A stretch of 63,475 nucleotides of DNA, filler included, from Cercozoa sp. M6MM (Eukaryota > Protista > Endomyxa: Ascetosporea), in NCBI GenBank assembly GCA_040357565.1. It is 10 parts of 10 records of this genome, joined end to end, with 100 filler letters (N's around TTAATTAATTAA, not from the genome) between each part and the next. Parts side by side here need not be neighbours in the genome. Positions count along the whole stretch, not along the records: positions 10,183 to 16,010 come from JBDODJ010000841.1; positions 16,111 to 19,329 come from JBDODJ010001553.1; positions 19,430 to 22,886 come from JBDODJ010001447.1; positions 22,987 to 43,578 come from JBDODJ010000198.1; 6 more parts are not named here. One strand, 5' to 3'. The notes under the pieces were generated by a model that did not search any database, was not told the origin of the DNA, and saw nothing but the letters and a program-made list of their open reading frames with translations. The first letter of the stretch is position 1. Each line of letters opens with the position of its first letter. The position numbers and the translations under genes were made by a program. This document shows positions 13,385-24,287 of the stretch, in pieces.

Positions 13385-13731
13385 AAAGTTGCTGAGTGTG
13401 CCACCATTTTGCCAAAAAACTCTCTTCTGTGCGTTCTAGAGCCTAGAACTTGGTTCATAATCTTGAGACTTGCTTTTAATCAGTTCAAAGTGATATAATT
13501 TGCAGCTAATGAACCAGGGACGGAGAAAACTGGCGTTTATTTTTGGCAACTTTTTTGGCGGGATTTTGTCGTGAGATAATGTTCTGCATTTTCTCGATAC
13601 AGACACTACTAAAACGTTTAGAGGTGTGGGCGCAAATTTCCCAAATATTTTCTATCCGTGGTAGTGGCCCAGAGCCTCTAAGAGTGTTTCTGAGAGTTTT
13701 TTGGCAAAATGGTGGCACACTCGGCAACTTT
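13385..13731. promoter_or_regulatory. Bidirectional H2B/H2A promoter with 40-bp inverted repeat arms (13385-13424 and 13692-13731) and an E2F-like site TTTGGCGG (13554-13561)
   Basis: Arms are 39/40 identical as reverse complements, each about 100 nt upstream of a histone ATG. Confidence 0.7.
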
Positions 13732-13837
13732 CTGGCGGCTGGGACTGCACCAGTTTGTTTGGCGGTATGTGAGGTTCACACTCAACACTACTGCATCTCG
13801 CAAAGTATAAAGGTTCTCAAAAGCAAGACAAGCAATC

Positions 13838-14284
13838 ATGGCAGGCAAGGGCAAGGTACTCCAGGCTTTGGACATCTTTTGTGCTGACACATGTACTGAC
13901 ACATGTGCCTTTTAGGGTAAGGCCACGGGCAGCAAGCAGCAGACGCGCTCCTCGCGTGCCGGTCTGACGTTCCCGGTGGGTCGTCTGCACCGCTTCCTCC
14001 GCGAAGGTCGCTACGCGGCGCGTGTCGGCAGCGGCGCGCCGGTCTACTGCGCCGCCGTGCTCGAGTACCTGGCGGCCGAGCTTCTCGAACTGGCTGGCAA
14101 CGCCGCTCGCGACAACAAGCGTCAGCGCATCATTCCGCGTCACATCCAGCTCGCCGTGCGCAACGACGAGGAGTTCAACCAGCTGCTCGGCCAGGTGACG
14201 ATCGCGCAGGGCGGTGTGCTGCCCAACATCCACGCCTCGCTCCTGCCTAAGGAAAAGAAGTCCAAGAAGAGCAAGCGCGCCTAA
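13838..14284 (+). CDS. H2A: Histone H2A with one 60-nt intron (13856-13915)
   Basis: MAGKGK|[29 protein letters not shown]...[22 protein letters not shown]...[11 protein letters not shown]; intron GTACTC..TTTAG. Confidence 0.98.
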
Positions 14285-14339
14285 GTCTCCCTTCGGCTAC
14301 CACAACGCAACAACAATCCAAGGGACATCCTCAATCACA

Positions 14340-14371
14340 TGCTCCCTTTCCGGTGTATTTATTACACCACC
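14340..14371 (+). terminator. H2A 3' stem-loop element
   Basis: TGCTCCCTTTCC-GGTGTA-TTTAT-TACACC-ACC, about 67 nt after the stop. Confidence 0.7.
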
Positions 14372-14507
14372 AAAACCCAATACCCAATAATGCAAACTGG
14401 CCCCCGCTTCGGTTCTTAAAAATATTTTGCCCCCCTTAAAAGTCGCTTTGAAAATGTACATAGTGTTGTGACACACTTCTTTTAGTTTCGTTTTACAGTG
14501 TGCACAA

Positions 14508-15503
14508 ATGTGTGCGCAAATGTGTGTCCGGCAAGCGCTCAGACTAGCGCGCCCACAGCGATCATTCTTTTCGACTGCGCCGGTGGAATTGCGCGAAACG
14601 CGGCATTTACCCGTACTTGCTTTGTCCCGAGTAGTTTGCACAGTGTTGTACGGTCCCGCTCGATCAGAACGTTAACGCCACGCGCATGTTCAACGCTGTG
14701 GCCGGTACACTTCGCCTTGTTGACTCGTTTTTTCTTTCGACATCATGTCCCTTGTCAGGTGTCGATCGATACCACGAATTCCTGCCATTTTGCCGGTCAT
14801 CCGACATCATCGATGTGCCAATGACTTCAGTTCATTTTTTTTTTTTTTTTTGTTCAAGGCTTTTGTTTTTTGTTTGAGACAGTTTCACACAGAGGACGAA
14901 GACGAGAATGCATTTTTCGCCTGTCCTGCAGAGGTGAGTTGTTGACAGTTGACGCGTGTTGCTGTTTGTGTCTTTTTATTTGCGTGAAAATCAGGCGCTA
15001 GTCGACGTCGAATTCGATGCCGAGTTGAAAGTTGGTTTTCTCTTGTTCAACGAGTCCTACACGTCGCGAGTGAGGTACTTTGACTCGAGTTTTCTTGCCT
15101 TTGTGGCCTGTTCAGCCGTTTTGCTGATCCTGCCTGACTGTTGGCGTAGTGTCAATCCAACTGAGGGCATTGTATGTGCCATTGCCTCTGACACGGCACT
15201 GTTCGACACTCTCGAGAATCGATGGCACGTCAAGTCGGATGACAATGGTACAAGGTCCTAATCGACCAAATGTGTGAGTCTATGTGCTAAGATCTTTGCT
15301 TAGGAGGATGTCACATTGACTTTCTCGTGAAATTCGCCTTTAGGGACGCCAATCAGCAGGTGCGTCAGTTGTTTTGTTTTTTTTTTGTTCCAAAACGGAA
15401 AAGGATGGCTGTACACTTGCAGGCCACGGCGTCGCAGCTGCTGACTGACATGACCAGCAACATGGCCGACGCCTTTGTCGAGCGCGCGCGGCGACCATTG
15501 TAG
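14508..15503 (+). CDS. COQ10: Coenzyme Q-binding protein COQ10 (START/polyketide cyclase fold), multi-exon
   Basis: Mitochondrial-presequence-like RLARPQRSFFST; VDRYHEFLPFC; AELKVGFLLFNESYTSRV; LFDTLENRW; AFVERARR*. Confidence 0.85.
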
Positions 15504-15577
15504 CGATCAAACTGACATCGGATTGACGTGAACCCTGATGGCTGAAAACTTCATTCCTTGGCAGTGCTAAACAACTA

Positions 15578-15725
15578 TGTTCCAGCATGATCTACAGTAT
15601 TCGCGCGGAAGCCATTTTAAGACTTACAAAAAAAATCTCAAGAGAGGTTGCGTGGACCCGCCGGGTATCATGACCTACTGAACACCTGTGTTTGAGGAGA
15701 AAGCCTTGAGCAAGCTTTTGCAGCT
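15578..15725. repeat. Dispersed three-box non-coding element, copy A
   Basis: Shares three ordered boxes with 42028-42154 on another contig. Confidence 0.7.
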
Positions 15726-15851
15726 ACTTGGCCACACTCCCTCTACGCTAAGAACAGACTTTCTAAAGTTCCTTAATTTTGTTTTTGTATCACTGGCAAA
15801 GCACCCTCAATTTACCAACTATACCGTAGAGTAACTGTAACTAAGCAAAGC

Positions 15852-15998
15852 TCAGCGAGCCGAGTCAGCAGTAGGCGTTTCTTCGGCGTGTTCGGTCTCG
15901 TCGGGTGGCGGTTCGAGGTTGTCGACTGACTCGTCGAGCACGCGACGCATGCGCTGCCGCAGCATCTCGTCCAGCGCCTGCTGCACTTCCTGCTCGAC
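15852..15998 (-). CDS. Last exon of a hypothetical gene (truncated by contig end)
   Basis: VEQEVQQALDEMLRQRMRRVLDESVDNLEPPPDETEHAEETPTADSAR*, downstream of a poly-C tract on the coding strand. Confidence 0.5.
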   Translation of the reverse strand, partial: VEQEVQQALDEMLRQRMRRVLDESVDNLEPPPDETEHAEETPTADSAR

Positions 15999-16110
15999 GG
16001 GGGGGGGGGGNNNNNNNNNNNNNNNNNNNNNNNNNNNNNNNNNNNNNNNNNNNNTTAATTAATTAANNNNNNNNNNNNNNNNNNNNNNNNNNNNNNNNNN
16101 NNNNNNNNNN

Positions 16111-16917
16111 AGTAGTGCTTCTTATCCCCCTAACGCAGGTGTCGGATAAGGAACTCGGCTACCTGTCGGACCTGCTCTACCGGTAACCTTGAATCTCTAC
16201 CCTGCCTCTTTGGTCGCTGCGTATCCTTGGTCATCTTGCACCCAGAGTCAAGGCGCGTATCGTGCGTGATGACATGCGTGACGGCACTACCGATATGGTA
16301 CCCCCCCCCCCCCCGTTACCTCCCTTGTTGTTCTGCTTGTTACTCGCTACTGTAGCACGTGCTGGAGGCCTTGCTGCCGGTCGTGAACAGTGTCGGTTTT
16401 GCTAGACGTGTGCGCAACTGTACTCACGGTAGGACCTGCGTTTCTCACTTTGTGGATTCTCCTCCGCGCGGACGGTGATTGTCGTCGTCATAGGTGTCGC
16501 GCAGCCGCAGCTGGTGTTCTCGCACTGGGAAGTTGTCGACGAGGACCCACTTTGGGTGCTTCCTCTCTTTTCGGGGTGAAGGGGTAGGAGTAAGCATGTA
16601 ATTTGCGGCGTCTTTGCAGGTACCGAAGACGGAAGAGGAACGCGAAGAGTGGGGCCATGGGCGACAGGCCGCCGACCAGGTACCGCTTACCCTCCCCCCC
16701 CCCCCCCTCCGAATCTACACACCATATGTGCCATCTCACAGGTCTTCAATGCCGCGAAGGAACTTATGCGCAGCATCCGCAAGCGCAAGGGTGCAATGAC
16801 ATTCTGAGCAATGTCGTATGCATCATGCTCTTTCCTTGTTGAGTAGGCCTCGGTATGCGCGACGAGAAACTCGTGACGGACGCAGCCAAACAGCGCACGC
16901 GCGGCAAGGGCCAGTAG
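16111..16917 (+). CDS. EFL1: Elongation factor-like GTPase EFL1/Ria1, 3' part
   Basis: Spliced [73 protein letters not shown], matching the EFL1 C-terminus. Confidence 0.85.
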
Positions 16918-17189
16918 TGTAGGCCAGCGCCCAGCACAACAGTCTTATTTAGGTATAAGACTGTCTGCTCTGCACCACATGCATGTCACTGAGTTCCAGA
17001 TAATCATGCGAACTACCATTACTTTGGGGCTGAATCTGAACATCAAGCGATGTACTCCCTGAACGACGGAGGTTGAAATTTTATTCGGTTTAGTAGCAAT
17101 CCAAGTGATATTTAACCACAGGCATCACTGCTAGTTTTTCCGTCTTGGACGAATGCTCAAGCAGCCACACTGGCGGACGCGCGAAGCAC

Positions 17190-17526
17190 TTACTTGTACT
17201 ACACGCACAACACATATCAGGCGGTACGCGAAGAGAAAGGTTTCATCCAATTTCATCCAACGCACCTTGCGGAAGCCGAGCTCCTTGGCCTTGTCGCGGA
17301 AGCAGCGACGGCAGATCATCATGTCGTACTTGCGGATGAGACCGAGGCGCGACGTGCAGATACGGCTGCACTCAACAAAAACGTCGAAACGCACAAAACA
17401 TACAAAAACGACAGCTGGGCAGCCAAAAGACTTCCAGCACACTCTGCTCTGGAGACAAACGTACCACTGGCGCGAGCCCTTGCCGTAGCCACGCGGGTGA
17501 GAGAACCAAGTCGACTGGACGCCCAT
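17190..17526 (-). CDS. RPS29: 40S ribosomal protein uS14/RPS29, three exons
   Basis: MGVQSTWFSHPRGYGKGSRQC|RICTSRLGLIRKYDMMICRRCFRDKAKELGFRK|YK*. Confidence 0.97.
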
Positions 17527-17865
17527 TTTCTTTATTCGCACAGGGGCTTCTACACACGAGATACAGATAAGAACATTAAAAACAACAACGCACGCACAGC
17601 TCATGCACACACGCAACAAGGCAGAAGCACAGCACCTCCAAAAAATCACTCAAAATGACAAAATTTTCGTGACGGGGCAGCGCGGGCACAGAGTGCACGG
17701 GACACACCGGTACAACAGTCAGAGTTGAGCCTACCTTGAACAAAGGTGTTTGCGAAACTTGGGCTTCGGAGCGCCGAACTTTTTTAGTAAAATCGCGCAG
17801 GGTTTTGTGGGCAGCGTTGGCAGCTTCTGTGCCGCGTGTGTGCGTGTTTGTAGTGCATAGACAGC

Positions 17866-18590
17866 ATGGCCAAGGGAAATAGTGCGTTTTTGCTAGTCGG
17901 ATCATCACACAGTAATATTTTTACATATTGTTGCTTGATTGGGTAGAGGGCAAGACGTCGTTGCCGGCGCCTCCCGGCTACATCCGCGGCAGCTTCTCTG
18001 ACGCGCCGTTCGACACGAGCGACGACTCGCAGCTGCAGTTGAGGAGCAAGCAGGCGATGGCAGTGGCGCGCTCGCCTCTTGGCTCCTTGTTCCAGACGGC
18101 GCTCATGCTGTGGATGGCTGGCAGCTCGCTGCAGATCTTCTCGATCATGGTATGCGTGCTGTGCCTGTCTCACAATGACTGTACGCGTTTGTAATGTGCG
18201 TTAGATGATCGGCATGGCGCTGTTCCGACCGATTTCTGCTCTGTTTAAGATCAACCAGGGTACAACAGTCGGTTGCCTCCTTGTCTCCATCTGCTCATGT
18301 TGCGTGTGTTGTTGGCACAGCTTTTCGCAGCTTTGACGGCAGTGGCGTCGATCTCGCGCTGCCAAAGCTCGTGTATGCGGCGCTGCAGCTGGCTGGTCTT
18401 GGAATCGCACTGTACAAACTGCACGGAATGGTACCTCCGCACCCTTTGTCGTCGCTGCTATTATAAAGTTGCATCACCAAACTTCCCTCCCGCTGCTTTT
18501 TCGCAGGGGGTGCTTCCAACAGCCGCCTCGGTGGCGCAACGGGCACCTCAGGAGTCATTGCAGACTGCCTTCGTGCGTATACTAGGATGA
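17866..18590 (+). CDS. EMC4: ER membrane protein complex subunit 4 (TMEM85)
   Basis: LPAPPGY; KQAMAVARSP..LMLWMAGSSLQIFSIM|MIGMALFRPISAL; LYKLHGM|GVLPT. Confidence 0.9.
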
Positions 18591-18778
18591 TGCAGAAACA
18601 GTTTCACCGGTTCAAACAAACGAAACTCAAATAATTATTCGTTCGTACAATTGTATTTTTATCAACTGAAATACTCCCACGACGGACGACAGCCGGGGAT
18701 ATTTTTTAGGGGGTGTTTTGGACGCAAAAAGAACTCGATGTTTTGAGAACTCTTAGAGACCTCAGGCACTCTAAAGTC

Positions 18779-19222
18779 ATGGAACGTGAACACAGCACGC
18801 GCACGAGCTACGTTGGCGAATTGTCGCGCGATATCGGGGCCGATCTGGAGACCATCAGCAATCCCAAGTACAGTGTATGCTGCCTTTTTTTCTCACATTG
18901 CATTCCCCGCGGCTGTGACTCGTAACGTCGGATGCGCAGGGCGCCGAATGCATGCGTTTTTTTCGGGCAACGGTTGAGTGCGTGATGACTACTTCGTGCT
19001 ACGCGGTACCCTTCACCTTCATCCAGCACAGAGAGCAAACGAGTGCGTTCGATCCATTGTTTTGAGCAGCGCGAGGGCACGGTGCAAGCGTGCATGAAAG
19101 ATGTAGCGGTGGGCCATGAGTGCGCCGACGTGGCCGCACGGTTTCGACACTGCCAGCGCAACGTGGTACGATTCCCACCCTGCTATCGTTCGTGCGATTT
19201 TAAAATCTGTTTCCGATTGGGT
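18779..19222 (+). CDS. Hypothetical protein, 5' part (truncated)
   Basis: MEREHSTRTSYVGELSRDIG... followed by short exon-like segments that run into a (GT)n tract and the contig end. Confidence 0.3.
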
Positions 19223-19329
<107 letters not shown>

Positions 19330-19429
19330 NNNNNNNNNNNNNNNNNNNNNNNNNNNNNNNNNNNNNNNNNNNNTTAATTAATTAANNNNNNNNNNNNNNN
19401 NNNNNNNNNNNNNNNNNNNNNNNNNNNNN

Positions 19430-20306
19430 GGGGGGTCAAGAGGGGGGTAAAGAGGGGGTAAAGAGGGGGTAAAGAGGGAGTAAAGTGTATTACGTCGCAC
19501 TGCGACTGCGCGATCGCGACCCACTGCAACCAAGCCGGGAGGGGAGGGGGGTAAAGGGGGTTGGGTAAGGGGTAAAAGGGGATGCGAATACGTCTTGTCC
19601 TTCGAACGCAGCAGTTTCTGACGCAGCACTTCGGCCTTCTGTTCTCGGGGGGGGGCGCGGGGGGGCCGGGTAAGGGCGCGGGGGGTGGGCCTACCTCAGC
19701 TTGCAGACGCGCCTTCTCTTCCTTCTTCTTCTCCTGCTCGTACTCGGCCCTGCAGACACACATGTCGGGGTAGGGGGAAGGGGAGGGCAAGGTGGGCACA
19801 GGGGAAGAGAATGAAGGAAGCAAGACTTACTGCAGCTCCTCGTCGACGTAGGAAACCACCAGTTTGGCCGAGTCGAAAGTGGCGCCGTCCAGACAACTCA
19901 GCGACAACGAGGCCTGTCCAACGCACAGTAACGGGAGGGGGGGGGTAAAGAGGGGGGTAAACTACCTGCGAACGCAGCTGCAGCGACACGAGAGCCTCGC
20001 CTTGAGAGTCGAGTTTGAGTCGCAGCACGCGTCCAAAGGCCGAGACCACCTCGCGCAGATGGTCCTGCCCAGGTGTACATCTTGTGTATCCCTTGCCCAT
20101 AACACAGGGTTACCTCAGTCACATGGCGCGACAGATTCTTGATGCAAATTTCGGTGCCCGCATCTTCCTGGCCAGCACAGGCACATCCGCACAATTCCGC
20201 CAGACACGCCAAAACAACGACAGAAAACAAATCCTTGCAAACACACCTCCTCGTCGGAAGACGAATCGAAGTTGTCGACCTCCACGTCCTCGGTAGCTGT
20301 TGTCAT
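19430..20306 (-). CDS. RRM-domain RNA-binding protein (RNPS1-like RRM), 3'-truncated
   Basis: Spliced TEICIKNLSRHVTE|DHLREVVSAFGRVLRLKL..., then LDGATFDSAKLVVSY; acidic N-terminus. Confidence 0.65.
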
Positions 20307-20570
20307 TACGACTCGGCACTGAAGCACACTACAGTACGTTGGCAGCAGTCTTTGCTGTGCGCTCGACTTTCCTTTACTTAATCTATTGTACAGCCTGGAT
20401 CAGCAAATAACATTGACACAACTGATTAAAGGGGCACCGACGCAGCTCTCTCTAGAGACACTAGCGCCCATCAACAGGCGTGCCTGGGGTTTATTCTAGC
20501 GTTTGGTGTGCTAGATTGTTGCGGTGCCCTTTGAGGATTCTTTGAAAGTCTGCGTGTACGTAGCAGCCTG

Positions 20571-22835
20571 ATGGCCGCGCCTAGCGAGCATGTCGTCCGC
20601 AGGCGGCATGCCGGCTTGCAGCAGTGGTCGCAGCCGGGACTGGAAGATCGAGTGGCGCGAGCGACGGCGTTGCCGGCATTGCATCGTTCGCGACAGGTGT
20701 CGTTTTTCTCCCTCATTTTGCCGGCCGCTTTTTCCCGCTGTTTTCCCTTCCGCTGATGCTTCCGCTCATGTGCCAGTGCTGGTGAGGTCGTTGTTGTGGT
20801 TTCTCAGGCTCTGTGGCGCCTGGTGTTTGGCGTGTGCTTCGTGTCGCTCGCGATGTTCCGCGCGGACGCAGTGGCCGACGCTGTGAGGCAGGTAATGCAG
20901 GCGTCGCTTCCGCGCGGACAGTCGCTGCTGGCGCTATGCTTGCTGGCGGTCGGTGTGCTGTGCCTGGTGCTGCCGCTGCGCGTGCTGCTGCAGGAACTGC
21001 GCGGCCAGCGCGCACTCGAGCTGCCCGAGGCCGTGCGCAAACTCGTCGGCGCGCCTACGTTGCCGCGCGGTGTCAGGTGCGTTTTTACCCCCCCCCCTCC
21101 TCTTTACCCTCTCTTTACCCCCTCTTTACCCTCCTCTCCACTCCTGTCGCGCTGTTTCTGTTACCTTTACTTCTACCCTGCCCCCCCCCTGGCAGTGCCG
21201 ACAAAGACACAGGTGCCGAGGCCAAGATCGCGCCGATCCGCGAGGTGCGGCAGCGCGTGCCGCCACCGCGTGAACTGGCGTCGCCGTCGGAGGAGCAGCA
21301 CAGGACAGCTAGGTCGGGCGGCGCTGCTGTAGTTCGGCTTTATATATGTTATATGTATATGTATATATTTGTAATTAAACAATATATATATATATATTTG
21401 ATATGTTTGTATCTTGATATGTTTAGATGAGTGATGTATGTAGGCCACACTGAGTGCGTCACGTGCCTCACTGCTGGACGCGAGTGTCGTCGTGGAGCGG
21501 CAGCAGGTGCAGCGCCTGCTGCAGCAGTCGTCGCGTCGCACCTGGGCGACCACGACCTACACGATGCCTCTGGCGGCCGGTCCGCTGGCCGGTGGGCCGC
21601 ACCGTCTGCGACCCAGTGGCTACTCCACGGCCACATCAGCAGCGACGGTGACTGCGGCATCAACGACGGTGACTCCCGGTGTGACTGGTGCTCTTGTCGC
21701 CGACCCCGCCTTGGTGCCCTCCGTCAAGTCCGCGCCGACGTACTCTTCCATCTTACCCCCCCCCCCCCCCCCCCCCCTTCCCCCCCCCCCCCCCCGCAGG
21801 AAGGAGATGGAGCAGCGCGAGGCGAGGGCGGAAGCGACGGTGCAGGACCCCTTCCTGGAGTCGCGCGGCGTCAGCGCTGCCCAACCGGCCACTGTGCCTG
21901 ATGAGGAAGGTACCTTGTCTCGAGGGGTACTGGGGAGAGGGGGCAAGACTGATGTCTCTGACTGGTAGAGTGGGACAGTACGGAGAAAGAAGCTGCCGCC
22001 AAGGCGCGCAAGTTGTACCGACGACTGCGTGTGGATGTAGTTATACCCCCCTTCTACCCCCTCTACCCCCCTCCTTACCCCCCCCCCCCCTCCACCTTGG
22101 CAGGGCGACACGCAGCTGCCGGCGTGGGGCGAGCACGTGCGCATCTGGCTGCGCACACATGTGCTGCACGTGTTTCTGCAGAGGTGTGTCTGTTTACCCC
22201 CTCCTCCCTGTTAACCTGTATACCCCCTGTTAACCCATCCCCTGTTAACCTGTATACCCCTGTTAACCTGTATACCCTGTTAACCCATCCCCTGTTAACC
22301 TGTATACCCCCCTGTTAACCTATACCCCGGTTACTTCTCTGTTTACCCGTTGTTTTACCCCCTACCTAGGTGGCAGAAAAGCGACAACGAGATTCACGCG
22401 TTGTTCGACGACGTCGTCAAGGAGGCAGCGGCAGCACCGGCCTCTTTCGCCGCAACGACAGCGCCGACCATGTCCTTCGGCTTTGGGGCTGCGCAAAACA
22501 ACAACAACAACAACAGCAACAAGACGAGCAGCCCTGGCAGTCATGTCGAGATGCTCAAAGCTGTCGGCGTCGATGCCGAGTCGCGCGCGGATTTTTTCCT
22601 CCGCGCCAGTGCCGCCATCACGCGCGGTAGCGTTTATACCCCCCTCCCTACCCACCTACCCCCACACCCTACCCACACCCCCTACCTGTCCCCTACCCTG
22701 ACAGGCAGCCGCGCGGACGAGGTAGTGTCCACACGGCGGCGACTGCACAGGTGCCTGCTGCGCGCTTTCTCGTTCGCGGCACCGGTCGGCGGACAGGTGC
22801 CCGACCTCGTGCCTGATGGCACTGTGCTGTCTAGG
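20571..22835 (+). CDS. Membrane protein with two N-terminal TM helices, possibly TMEM209-like; 3'-truncated
   Basis: Hydrophobic LVFGVCFVSLAMF and LLALCLLAVGVLCLVLPL, a Ser/Thr-rich linker, then WGEHVRIWLRTHVL; the family call is tentative. Confidence 0.45.
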
Positions 22836-22841
22836 GGTAGT

Positions 22842-22886
<45 letters not shown>

Positions 22887-22986
22887 NNNNNNNNNNNNNN
22901 NNNNNNNNNNNNNNNNNNNNNNNNNNNNNNTTAATTAATTAANNNNNNNNNNNNNNNNNNNNNNNNNNNNNNNNNNNNNNNNNNNN

Positions 22987-24050
22987 GCGTGCACACAGGC
23001 CACTGCGCTCAGGTACATGTCTGCCGGCAGGTCTGGCGAGTTCAGCAGCAGCTCTTGCTCCAGTTCCTTGCATTCCTACCAAGGCAACTCGAAGCAACTC
23101 AACTCAAAGCAACTCAACTCAAAGTAACTCAACTCAAAGCAACTCAACTCAAAGCAACTCAACTCAAAGCAACTCAACTCAAAGCACAGCTTTCACGAGA
23201 ATTGGAGGTACATCAGGTGACAACGTGAGTCCGTGTAGCTGATGGTTGTGCAGCACGCTGTAGAACACGCCGCCAGGCGCAACGTCGAAACCGTGAATGA
23301 CAGGCCGATGCTGCTCCGGCAGAAAGCAATGATGCATGCTGTTCTCCTGCGCTTGCTCGTACAGCGTCGTCAGAGCTCCCTATGTAACTCAAACGTAACT
23401 TCGTACGACTCAACTTAACTCAACTCAACTCAACTCAACTCAACGACTCAACTCAACTCAACTCAACTCAACGACTCAACTCAACTCAAGCAACTCAACT
23501 CAAGCAACTCAAAGCAAAGCAACTCAACTCAAGCAACTCAACTCAAGCAACGCAAAGCAAAGCAACTCAAAGCACAGACTACAGTAAGAAAAGGCAGTCG
23601 TTCGTGAACGTGATCGTAGTCGCAGTGCGTCCAGACTTCGTACAGCAGGCGATAGGCCTGAACTGCGTCGGCGNNNNNNNNNNNNNNNNNNNNNNNNNNN
23701 NNNNNNNNNNNNNNNNNNNNNNNNNNNNNNNNNNNNNNNNNNNNNNNNNNNNNNNNNNNNNNNNNNNNNNNNNCAACTCAACTCAACTCAACTCAACTCA
23801 ACTCAACTCAACTCAACTCAACTCAACTCAACTCAACTCAACTCAACTCAACTCAACTCAAATGAACTCAAATGAACTCTCATTTCAACTCAAATAAACA
23901 CCAGTGCTTTTGAAACACAAAGTACCAAGACTGATCGCCGGTCTTCTTGGCCAGCTGGGCGTCGCGCATCATGACATCGGTGCTGGCCACATGGCGCACA
24001 TGTGCGCGACTCAGAATTTGCACACGCCTCGCTAACACTGCCCGCTGCAT
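22987..24050 (-). CDS. Hypothetical protein with presequence-like N-terminus, 3'-truncated; introns filled with (TTGAG)n
   Basis: MQRAVLARRVQILSRAHVRHVAST...; exons DAVQAYRLLYEVWTHC, LYEQAQENSMHHCFLPEQ, ECKELEQELLL. Confidence 0.55.
23085..23895. repeat. (CTCAA)n / CAACTCAAAG intronic repeats (three blocks)
   Basis: Direct reading; the same unit occurs in UTP3 introns (36381-36470, 36707-36871). Confidence 0.9.
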
Positions 24051-24287
24051 TTATAGCACAATCTTAACTCCAAAGAAGTTACTCTGGTCTCTACTAAGTG
24101 TGTCTGGACCTTGGCGATCGTTTCAATAAAATAATTAAAAACTGCATTTTGACGTCAGCGACACTTTCCACGCTGTGCTTGAGTGTGCTTTAACCTGCTT
24201 TAGCTTGTTTTTCGGTGTCAGTTGGCACTAAGTGTGTCATTCTGGTTGATCATCTGACAAGGTGAACCAGATTGTTTGGAACAAAAG

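Noticed and set aside
12784-14233. Long antisense ORFs over the histones (also over UTP3 and SWEET)
   Set aside because: Shadow ORFs caused by GC-rich codon bias on the coding strand.
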